From contig JBBSVO010000009.1 in NCBI GenBank assembly GCA_038046805.1, forward strand, positions 1 to 19,600: DNA of 19,600 nucleotides. The letters run 5' to 3'. The notes beneath the pieces were generated by a model. It had not been told where the DNA came from, did not search any database, and saw only the letters and a program-made list of their open reading frames with translations. The stretch is from Candidatus Micrarchaeota archaeon (GTDB lineage Archaea > Micrarchaeota > Micrarchaeia > Anstonellales > Bilamarchaeaceae). The position numbers and the translations under genes were made by a program. Shown here piece after piece: positions 1 to 7,975 of this stretch; position 1 is the first letter of the stretch, and each line of letters starts with the position of its first letter.

Positions 1-74
1 TCACCGGAATCCCCCCCCCCCCCCATATTTTTCTTGTTTCTGTCATGATGAAATGACGCACGTTTACGCGTGCA

Positions 75-1313
75 TCAAAACCCCAGCAAAAACTCATAAA
101 CCGGTACGAATCGAACGTCTTCGTTTTTTCCTCGTTTATCCTTTGTAACTACTATCGCTTCTCTGCACTTATACTTCTTACAGAACTTTTGCAATCCTTT
201 GTTTTGACTCGGTTGGTTCCTGTATTTTACTTCTACAGGAATTGTTTCCTTCTCCAGCTGAAGTATGATATCAACCTCGTCCTTGTATTTGTCTCTCCAG
301 AAGAATTTAGTATCCGTTGCAAGAACACACGTTGTTTCTATCAACTTGCCCATCCTTTCCTCGCTCTCCTCAGTTAATACGGGGCTAAGAAATGTAGGAT
401 AAAATTTCTTCAATGATTTTTCAGAGGTTAATCGATTTCTAGAAAAATTGTACAATTTTACAACTAAATGCGCCATTTCTAGGTATTCGAAGTATTTTGA
501 AAGCGTTTGCCTGCTTATTCCAAGTTCCTGGGATAATGACGAAAAGTCTACAATCATCCCGGGGTTATCAATAAGAATATCCAGTATCTTTATCAATTGT
601 GCTGTGTTCTCTATCGGGTAGATCTTGGCCATGTCCTTGAACACTATTTTTTCTATTATTGTGGTTTTTATGTAGTGCTTAACAAGTTCTTTGTCTTCCT
701 TTCCTATCAGTTCAGGGAATCCGCCACAAAGAAGATAATTACCTAATTCCATCCTTAGTTCAATATCATATAATCTAGGATTTTTTGCCATTTCTGCCTT
801 TCCAATGAAATTCAAATACTCGCTAAAACTTAGTTTTTTTACCTCAAACTCATAAATCCTTCCAGCCAAGCTTTCTCGCGTTCCTTTGCGTAAGAATAAT
901 GATTCAGAGCCAGATACGAATATCTTGTACTTTTTAGTGTCGTAGAGAATTTTTACCTTCTCAGCCCAATTTGAGATTTTCTGTACTTCGTCAAAAATCA
1001 GGAATTTTGGTTCTTTCTTGTATATCTCCTTAAAGATATCCAGTACGTCGTAAAGTTCGATGTCTCCAAAATCATCGAATGAAAAATAGAGGATAGAGTC
1101 TGGAGGGTTCTCTTTTAGCAGATCGTGGATTACTTTTTGAAGTATCGTCGTTTTCCCTACTCTCCTAAGTCCGCAGAGTGAGACGATCTGAGGTTCTTTT
1201 ATGAATTTCTTTAATTTTCCATAAATCTCTCGATCTTTGTATTCCACTTTGATTGGAGCCTTCCAGAATGGGTTGAATTCCTTTAATGATCTTTCGACCT
1301 TTTCGTTAACCAT
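75..1313 (-). CDS. AAA+ ATPase (AAA_14) with DUF4143 / PD-(D/E)XK-like C-terminus
   Basis: Walker A GLRRVGKT, Walker B LIFDEVQ, VSGS, ESLAGR, GGFPE, an HTH-like segment LSQELGISRQTL and C-terminal EVDIIL..IPVEVKY. ATG at 1313 is preceded by GGTGAT (the ORF track starts at GTG 1322). Confidence 0.9.
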   Translation of the reverse strand: MVNEKVERSLKEFNPFWKAPIKVEYKDREIYGKLKKFIKEPQIVSLCGLRRVGKTTILQKVIHDLLKENPPDSILYFSFDDFGDIELYDVLDIFKEIYKKEPKFLIFDEVQKISNWAEKVKILYDTKKYKIFVSGSESLFLRKGTRESLAGRIYEFEVKKLSFSEYLNFIGKAEMAKNPRLYDIELRMELGNYLLCGGFPELIGKEDKELVKHYIKTTIIEKIVFKDMAKIYPIENTAQLIKILDILIDNPGMIVDFSSLSQELGISRQTLSKYFEYLEMAHLVVKLYNFSRNRLTSEKSLKKFYPTFLSPVLTEESEERMGKLIETTCVLATDTKFFWRDKYKDEVDIILQLEKETIPVEVKYRNQPSQNKGLQKFCKKYKCREAIVVTKDKRGKNEDVRFVPVYEFLLGF

Positions 1314-1368
1314 AATCACCACATAGTAGATTTCACGTTAATCTCATTCATCATTAAGTAGAACTAAG

Positions 1369-1383
1369 TTTATAAAGCTTGCG
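1369..1383 (-). promoter_or_regulatory. BRE-TATA promoter of the ATPase gene
   Basis: Minus strand CGCAAGC-TTTATAAA, about 55 nt upstream of the ATG. Confidence 0.55.
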
Positions 1384-1572
1384 TGTATAACCGCATCACG
1401 CTTACGAGTTTGTTCGCAAGCTTTTGTAGGTATCGGCATTTTTATGTAGGCAGAGAACTGAGTCTAGCTAAGTGGTTACTTCCCCTGCATATAGCATTAT
1501 CGTATCTCATTCTCTACGCCTTCGGCTAGGGATATAACTGTTAGAATCTACGACCTAATTTAACAAAAATCG

Positions 1573-1764
1573 TTATACTTTCTTTACTCCTTTTGCTCTT
1601 GGTCCGCGATCTCCTGCTTCAACTTCGTATTCTACAACATCGCCGACTGCAAGTGCTGCACCGCCTTCAACTGCTGAAGCGTGTACATATACATCTTTGC
1701 CATCGTCGCCTGTTATAAATCCAAAACTCCTTGCAGAGTTAAACATTTTTACCTTTCCTTTCAT
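1573..1764 (-). CDS. csp: Cold-shock domain protein (CspA family)
   Basis: MKGKVKMFN..RSFGFI (RNP1), DVYVHASA (RNP2), GDRGPRA; AGGAGG SD upstream. Confidence 0.95.
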   Translation of the reverse strand: MKGKVKMFNSARSFGFITGDDGKDVYVHASAVEGGAALAVGDVVEYEVEAGDRGPRAKGVKKV

Positions 1765-1867
1765 TGAGAAAACCTCCTAAAACACCTTTAATTCTATTAT
1801 TCTATATAACTATAAGATACATAAGCCATAAAAGTCTAATGGCTGCATCGCTTTTCTTCCTATCTCA

Positions 1868-3670
1868 TCAAATCCCGCTCATCAATCCGACAATCAGCAA
1901 AATGCTTATTATCAAAAGAAGCGGAACGATTATCTTTGCAACTGCAACAATTGAATTAACCGTTGATATAATCTCTATTGATTGCTTTGCTCCAAGGACC
2001 CTTATGTCAAACCATCTCTTTGCCGAATAGAATCTAGCAGGTTGCATATCATCAAGAGCTTCTCCCACAGCTTCCTTTATTGCAGATAGCGTTATTCCTC
2101 CATCTGCCTCTGAAAGCGGATTCAAAACTCCCCGCACGGCATTGAGCTGATGGGTATCTGTAGTAAATAAAATTGGCTGGACGTTTTTCTTTTTAGCCGC
2201 ACCGATTGCCTTTGCCTCAGCAATTATTTTCTCCCGAAATTCCGGGGTTACTCCGTTGGAATCCACAAGGATCATAACTGCAAGCGGGTCTGAGGAAATT
2301 GCTGCAACGCGCACTCCTGCCATTCCTACAAAGTTTGATTTCACGGATTTTATACTCGTACCAATGGAGAGCGGATTCCGATTCCTTTTTCCTGTTTTCT
2401 GTTCCGCTTTCCCAAGCGCGTCTTTTATCGCTTCCATATATTTATATCCAACTTCGCTTGCAGGCTCAAAGCTTGTTACTTCCCCTGTTTCAGCGTTGTG
2501 CTGGTCAATCACCGCTGCCATCCCCGTCTTTTTCTCGGCCTCAGACATAAGCATTGAGCCAAGACCGAAGTTTATGTCCTCGGTAACCTGGGGCGCACGG
2601 CTTACGGAAACAAACGCAGAATCATTGAACAATAACGTCTCGGAGAAACATTCGGACGACCTTCCACCCAGGAGTGATACAGAACATGCAGAATACTTCG
2701 CTCCCCGCATGCAATCATCACACGCTCCAAGAACCGCAGATATTTCATCAGATGAGCTGGGGTTAAGGTCATGGGTTGCGGTTCCATGAAAAATAAATGC
2801 CTGCGTATTATATTTTTGTCCAATAGCGTCAGATAATAATGCAGAAAATTCGCTTCCTCCAAGATTTCCAAATGGTCCAAAATGAACGTACGGAATAACA
2901 AACATTACGTTGTCGTCTTTATTTTTTCCGTTTCCGCGTTCAAACGAAAACACTGCAATAGGCACCTTCGCGTTTTCCCCAACCGCCTCGAATGCACCTT
3001 CAAGTTTTTTATCCTGGTAAAGCCACTGTGCCGTGAACATAGAAAGCGCGTCAGTGCTTGTAAATCCAAAATTCCTTTTCATCGGCGCATTTATTATGCT
3101 TAATATCACGTATATCGCGCCAAGAAGTACAAAAGATGCAACATAAAATTTGATTACCGCGCTTGTTGGTTCAGTTCCGAAATCCATGAATGCGGTGCTC
3201 AATAAGAACGCCAGGTGGAAAAACAACTGAATTATCGCAAAGATAAATGCGCGCCATTTAAGCACGAATACAAGTCGTGCAATTAGATACCATATTACAA
3301 ATACCATTGCTGCGCCAATAATCAGCATTATCTTTGCATAAGTAGGATTGAACGCAAATACAAAAAATCCCGCAGCATATGTTATTGTATATACGAGTTC
3401 CCCGACAAATGTTGCTGCCAGAATTCTGCGGAACAGCATTTTTCTTAGCATGAGCTTTACTGCAACTGCGGAAAGAAGTGCAGGGGCTGCAAGAAGGAAT
3501 ATTCCCTCAAGAGATCCCTTTAGAAGAAGGTCAAATCCAGAATATTTGTTTATTCCGGTTCCAATTCCGAGAAGCACTCCAAGTATAAGTATTCCAACAG
3601 CTATCCATCTTGCCGGTGGAAGGGTCATGAAATATTTTGTAAGACCCACTGCTTTATCTATATTCTTCAT
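1868..3670 (-). CDS. DUF2070 family archaeal membrane protein (putative metallo-hydrolase)
   Basis: About 6 N-terminal TM helices, then HFGPFGNLGGS, HGTATHDLNP, DQHN, DSNG and TTDTH motifs, and a C-terminal TM helix. Confidence 0.85.
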   Translation of the reverse strand: MKNIDKAVGLTKYFMTLPPARWIAVGILILGVLLGIGTGINKYSGFDLLLKGSLEGIFLLAAPALLSAVAVKLMLRKMLFRRILAATFVGELVYTITYAAGFFVFAFNPTYAKIMLIIGAAMVFVIWYLIARLVFVLKWRAFIFAIIQLFFHLAFLLSTAFMDFGTEPTSAVIKFYVASFVLLGAIYVILSIINAPMKRNFGFTSTDALSMFTAQWLYQDKKLEGAFEAVGENAKVPIAVFSFERGNGKNKDDNVMFVIPYVHFGPFGNLGGSEFSALLSDAIGQKYNTQAFIFHGTATHDLNPSSSDEISAVLGACDDCMRGAKYSACSVSLLGGRSSECFSETLLFNDSAFVSVSRAPQVTEDINFGLGSMLMSEAEKKTGMAAVIDQHNAETGEVTSFEPASEVGYKYMEAIKDALGKAEQKTGKRNRNPLSIGTSIKSVKSNFVGMAGVRVAAISSDPLAVMILVDSNGVTPEFREKIIAEAKAIGAAKKKNVQPILFTTDTHQLNAVRGVLNPLSEADGGITLSAIKEAVGEALDDMQPARFYSAKRWFDIRVLGAKQSIEIISTVNSIVAVAKIIVPLLLIISILLIVGLMSGI

Positions 3671-3718
3671 ATTGATCGCTCCAACATCCTTCTCATAACT
3701 CCGTCATCATTCTCCTAT

Positions 3719-3813
3719 TCCGATCCAACTAAAAAAGTCGGATCGAACTATCCAAAACCAAACGGGGTTGGACTAAGAAACCCAAATCGGAATCACTTAG
3801 TTGGTTTTGGATA
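3719..3813 (-). promoter_or_regulatory. Structured putative 5' leader of the DUF2070 gene
   Basis: 13-bp perfect stem 3749-3761/3801-3813 with an inner stem, plus a 12-bp hairpin 3719-3747 that pairs fully (via G-U) only in minus sense. Confidence 0.5.
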
Positions 3814-3863
3814 TGGTTATTAAACCTGCTTCCTTTAAATATTAAAACTCTGGTGGTTTTCTC

Positions 3864-4499
3864 ATGCAGTATTTTATATGTCCAAGATGTGGTGCAAAAA
3901 GCAGTGAAAAAGAGTTTATTGATTCATTTTGCGTTGATTGTTCAGAGGTAAAAATAAAATCACCAAAGGAAAATTATTTCAAGATAGTCCGCTGCAAGCA
4001 ATGCGAAAGGGCGCTTTTGAAAGGGGAATGGCAAAAGGCGTCTCTTTCAGACATAGAAGCATTCATTGCGAGTAAGTTCAGGGGTGAATACGAACGTGCG
4101 GAATACAGCCTTCAGCGCGGAGCGATTACATTCTATGTCAAAAAAGGCGAAAAAATCCATTCATTTGAGAAAAGGTTCAAGGTTGATGTAGGCACCGGAA
4201 CCTGTCCGGATTGCGGAAGAATAAGCGGCGGTTATTACGAGGCAATAGTCCAGGTTCGCAGTGATAACAAAAATCGTATCATCGAATATGCAACCGCTCT
4301 TGAGAAACGCCTTTCTGAAAAAACATTCGTGAGCAAGGTTGATGAAAAAAAGGAGGGGTTAGACCTTTATATCGGAAACTCAAAGACAGTGGTCCAATAT
4401 CTTCATAATGCCGGAATCCGCGCATTGATTACCCGCAAATTATTCGGGAGACGGGAAGGAAAACGCCTTTACAGGACAACGTTTTTGATAAGAATATAG
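3864..4499 (+). CDS. nmd3: NMD3 family protein (short archaeal form)
   Basis: Four CxxC pairs (CPRC, CVDC, CKQC, CPDC) and GGYYEAIVQVR; TATA-like TTTAAATA at ~3834-3841. Confidence 0.88.
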   Translation: MQYFICPRCGAKSSEKEFIDSFCVDCSEVKIKSPKENYFKIVRCKQCERALLKGEWQKASLSDIEAFIASKFRGEYERAEYSLQRGAITFYVKKGEKIHSFEKRFKVDVGTGTCPDCGRISGGYYEAIVQVRSDNKNRIIEYATALEKRLSEKTFVSKVDEKKEGLDLYIGNSKTVVQYLHNAGIRALITRKLFGRREGKRLYRTTFLIRI

Positions 4500-4507
4500 A
4501 TTAGAAC

Positions 4508-5053
4508 ATGGATTATAAACATTCCGCTCCATTATCTATCAACATGCGTAGAATGGTTCGTCCTGCTTTTGCTGATTGCAATCTACGGGTTTCTACTGGT
4601 CAATCATTTGTTTTCACAGAGAGGCCCGAGAGATACGTAAGGCCACCCAGCGGGCGAACAGGAAAAGGGCGCATTTACACTCAAGAAGAAGTTTGGGAAA
4701 GGGCCAAACAGGATCTCAGCAAAGAAAATCCATGGATACTCGGAAACAGGGTGCCCCCCTGCTTTTGGGAGAGCAAGGACAATAGGGTAAGGGCAGTGGG
4801 TATTCTGGTTCAAAAGTCTGGTCGGGAAGGAAAGAGTTTAAGGGACATTACCTATCGGGATTTCTGTCGAATTGGTCTAAACACGCTTATGCGGCAATAC
4901 TATAGAAGCTCTCCTTTTGAGGCATTTCTTGAGGCTGAACTGGTCAGTGAGGACCAAAGAACGTCTTTTTCGGTTGATAAGAGAATGGAATGCCTGAAAC
5001 TCCGCCATGGTGCGCAAACGCCCGCAGATGCAAAACCGGAAACAGGAACATGA
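4508..5053 (+). CDS. Hypothetical protein with a DUF4046-like repeat unit
   Basis: VPPCFWESKDNRVRAV..L..DF...GL..LM..YY.SSPFEA resembles the DUF4046 repeat pattern as I recall it; not searched. Confidence 0.5.
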   Translation: MDYKHSAPLSINMRRMVRPAFADCNLRVSTGQSFVFTERPERYVRPPSGRTGKGRIYTQEEVWERAKQDLSKENPWILGNRVPPCFWESKDNRVRAVGILVQKSGREGKSLRDITYRDFCRIGLNTLMRQYYRSSPFEAFLEAELVSEDQRTSFSVDKRMECLKLRHGAQTPADAKPETGT

Positions 5054-5077
5054 AACTCAGAACTGAAAACTGAAAAC
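5030..5077 (+). repeat. Degenerate heptamer tandem repeat (NNNRAAC)
   Basis: GCAAAAC CGGAAAC AGGAAC ATGAAAC TCAGAAC TGAAAAC TGAAAAC between convergent gene ends. Confidence 0.6.
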
Positions 5078-5081
5078 GCAA

Positions 5082-6074
5082 TCAGTGCCCAATAAATTCA
5101 GAATCCTTCATTTTCTTCATTGTCTTGATTGCTTCTGGAATCGCAATCAAATTAACGAACGTTGTTTTTATCCTTGCGAGGAATACGAATGATGCTGCCT
5201 TTGCAGCGGTTATTCCGAACACGGCCAGTAAAACCGCCCCTCCTCCCTCGCTTAATCCCAATCCTGCGATTGTCGGAGATGGAATGAATTCAAGAAGAGT
5301 TAGCGTTGGCTGAAGGAAATAATAAAATATTGGTTCCGGGAATCCCAACTCCAAATTTATTCCGATTGACTTTGCTACAAAAAACCAGGATATTGCCTTT
5401 CCGCTCCAGGAAAATATCATTAATCCAAGTAATTCAGGCAATTTTTTCACAACCACATCTGAATGTTCCTGGGTCCTAACAAACATGGCGTATATTTTTG
5501 ATGCAATTGGTATCTTTGATGCAAATGAAAACAGCGCAAGAAATTTCTTTGAGAACAGTAAAAGTACCATCACTGCAGTCATTGCAACCATCACAAAGGC
5601 TCCAAGAAAAATAAACCATGTTTCATTCATCTTCAGCACATAGCTTGTCAGGTAAAGAATAGAAATCGTGCCTACAACGACTTTCAAAATGAAATCCAGT
5701 ATCTGCGGTCCGAGAATTGCTACCATTGCCTTTTCCGAAGGTACATTATGGTTATACGAAAGCGATGCCACTGTAGCGAAATACCCGCTTCTGGCAGGAG
5801 TGAAATCCGCCAATAGCATCCCGACAAAATGCGCTCTTGCAATATCAATAAGCTTCGTTGCCCCGGAGCCAATCGCGTTTAATATCAGTTTTATCCGCAG
5901 AACCATTCCCAGATGCATCACACACAGGAAAAGAACGGAAAGGGCGAGATAGAAGTAATTAATATTGGAAAGCTCGGCGAAAATCTTATCCGCGCCTATG
6001 TAATAAAGTATCCCAGCAATAATCACAACGGAGATTATGGCATCTGCTATAAGGAGAAGTTTATTCTTATCCAT
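5082..6074 (-). CDS. Lysylphosphatidylglycerol synthase TM / UPF0104 flippase-like membrane protein
   Basis: Multi-TM protein with DFTPARSG and IPSPTIAGLGLSEGG motifs typical of the family. Confidence 0.8.
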   Translation of the reverse strand: MDKNKLLLIADAIISVVIIAGILYYIGADKIFAELSNINYFYLALSVLFLCVMHLGMVLRIKLILNAIGSGATKLIDIARAHFVGMLLADFTPARSGYFATVASLSYNHNVPSEKAMVAILGPQILDFILKVVVGTISILYLTSYVLKMNETWFIFLGAFVMVAMTAVMVLLLFSKKFLALFSFASKIPIASKIYAMFVRTQEHSDVVVKKLPELLGLMIFSWSGKAISWFFVAKSIGINLELGFPEPIFYYFLQPTLTLLEFIPSPTIAGLGLSEGGGAVLLAVFGITAAKAASFVFLARIKTTFVNLIAIPEAIKTMKKMKDSEFIGH

Positions 6075-6155
6075 GGCCTCTAATCTGTGTCACAATGTTT
6101 AAAAATCAACCCGTAGATATGTAATAATTAATCATTAATTTAGTTGGTTGTGTAT

Positions 6156-6914
6156 ATGCCCGGCATTTCAGATACTTCGGATTCTGGTTTTAATCGTGTT
6201 GTTCAGCATGCAACATTGTTCTATCGTGCGCGCATGCCTCTTCTTGTTTTATTCTCTATTCCGTTTATCCTGGCATTTGCTATAATGATGCTGGTTCCAT
6301 TGCCTACATATATAGCACTTGGCGGGCTTTATGTCCGTTCCGGAAGCATACCAGACATGTCTCAGTTGGATATTGCGATAACTGCCATTGCAGCTCTATT
6401 GTCTATTTTCGTTTTATCCGATACAATTGTAAATCTCAATCTCATAATCAAATCAAAGAGAACTCGTACGGGTATTTCTTCTGAAATTCTTGAAGGAATC
6501 GGTCAGTATGCCACTAAAATATTTCTCATCACGCTGATCTCAATACTCCTTTTATTCGTTTTTCAGTTGCTTACGTTTGATAATCCGTTCCAACCGCTTC
6601 TTTTCTCAGTGTTTTCGCTGGTTCTGTCAATTCTCCTGTTCTTTGCACCAGCTGCCATTGTCATAGATGACCGCAGCACGCTCCATTCTATTACCTCATC
6701 TGTAAAAATGGTTCTTGCAAAGCCTGTCTTTGTTTTGATCTGGATTATAGCCGCATTTGCATTGATTTCGTTTGTCCAGTTGATTGTTTCGGCAATTATT
6801 CCGTCTCAATTTGCTTCAATTCTTGTACTGCTGATAAACTCGCTTTTCATATTCCCGTACCTGATCGTTCTCCAGACACAGATGTACATGGAGAAATATC
6901 CGCTTTCGATTTAA
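6156..6914 (+). CDS. Hypothetical membrane protein (~6 TM)
   Basis: Hydrophobic ORF with FFAPAAIVIDD..SITSS, 10 nt upstream of the fni ATG; ATG 6156 preferred over TTG 6144. Confidence 0.75.
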   Translation: MPGISDTSDSGFNRVVQHATLFYRARMPLLVLFSIPFILAFAIMMLVPLPTYIALGGLYVRSGSIPDMSQLDIAITAIAALLSIFVLSDTIVNLNLIIKSKRTRTGISSEILEGIGQYATKIFLITLISILLLFVFQLLTFDNPFQPLLFSVFSLVLSILLFFAPAAIVIDDRSTLHSITSSVKMVLAKPVFVLIWIIAAFALISFVQLIVSAIIPSQFASILVLLINSLFIFPYLIVLQTQMYMEKYPLSI

Positions 6915-6924
6915 TGTGATCTTA

Positions 6925-7914
6925 ATGGATACTGAAAAAACCGAAAACAGGAAAAAGGAACACGTTGAGGCTGTGTTGCAATATAGCGCGCAATATTCAA
7001 AGAGCACGGGCCTGGAAAAATTCGAATTTCTTCATAACGCACTTCCCGAAGCCGATTATCTGAAGATAGATTTGTCATGTAAATTCCTTGGAAAACCACT
7101 TTCTTATCCTCTTATGATAACTGGCATGACTGGCGGGTATCTGGGTGCAGAGCAAATAAATAAGAGCCTGGCAGAGTTCGCTGAAAAACACGGAATAGCA
7201 TTCGGACTTGGTTCGCAAAGAGCGATGATTGAAAACCCGGCAATGAAAAAAACATATTATGTCCGCGATGTTGCTCCGAAAACGCTTTTGATTGCAAATA
7301 TCGGCGCATGCCAGCTTAGGAAATATTCTTTTGAAAAAATAGAAAAGATGGTTTCAGATGTTGATGCGGATGCGCTGGCAATCCATCTTAATCCTTTGCA
7401 AGAAGTAATCCAGCCAGAAGGCAATACTAATTTTGAAGGAGTTCTTTCGGCTATTTCTAAAATATGTGGGAAACTTTCTGTTCCGGTTATTGTAAAAGAG
7501 ACTGGCGCGGGCATAAGCATGGAAGTTGCAATTAAATTAAAAGATGCTGGAGTACAGGCAATTGATGTATCTGGTTCTGGCGGCACTTCCTGGAGCGCGG
7601 TTGAATATCTTCGTGGAGGGGCAACTCCTGGTTTTGAGAATTGGGGAATTCCAACTGCGGAATCCATAACAATGTGCAGAGGAGTTCTTCCATTGATTGC
7701 AAGCGGGGGAATAAGAAGCGGAATAGATGCGGCAAAGGCAATAGCGCTTGGTGCAGAGATTGTGGGTGCGGCTTATCCATTCCTTCTTGCGCTTAAGAAG
7801 AAGCGTCTTGATGATGAGCTAATCCAATGGGAGAACCAGATGAAGATCTGCGCATTCTTGACTGGCTCGAAGAATCACGCGAGCCTGAAGGCAGCGAAAA
7901 TGCGAGTGTTGTAG
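6925..7914 (+). CDS. fni: Type 2 isopentenyl-diphosphate delta-isomerase (FMN-dependent)
   Basis: RKKEHV, HNALPE, ITGMTGG, GLGSQR, ANIG, HLNPLQE..QPEG, VKETGAG, GGTSW, ASGGIRSG. Confidence 0.97.
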   Translation: MDTEKTENRKKEHVEAVLQYSAQYSKSTGLEKFEFLHNALPEADYLKIDLSCKFLGKPLSYPLMITGMTGGYLGAEQINKSLAEFAEKHGIAFGLGSQRAMIENPAMKKTYYVRDVAPKTLLIANIGACQLRKYSFEKIEKMVSDVDADALAIHLNPLQEVIQPEGNTNFEGVLSAISKICGKLSVPVIVKETGAGISMEVAIKLKDAGVQAIDVSGSGGTSWSAVEYLRGGATPGFENWGIPTAESITMCRGVLPLIASGGIRSGIDAAKAIALGAEIVGAAYPFLLALKKKRLDDELIQWENQMKICAFLTGSKNHASLKAAKMRVL

Positions 7915-7941
7915 ATAAAGATTATAGGCAAAAGTCATAGG

Positions 7942-7949
7942 TTTATAAA
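7942..7949 (+). promoter_or_regulatory. TATA box for the RSH gene (near-leaderless)
   Basis: TTTATAAA ending 26 nt before ATG 7976. Confidence 0.55.
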
Positions 7950-7975
7950 GAGTTTGTGGTTAAAGATATAATGCT

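Noticed and set aside
2256..2789. Long antisense ORFs (e.g. 2256-2789, 7257-7667, 16465-16818)
   Set aside because: Shadow ORFs opposite well-supported genes, with no recognisable motifs.
3699..3708. ATGACGGAGT shared between the DUF2070 leader and the tRNA-Lys intron
   Set aside because: A single 10-mer match among this much non-coding sequence is compatible with chance.
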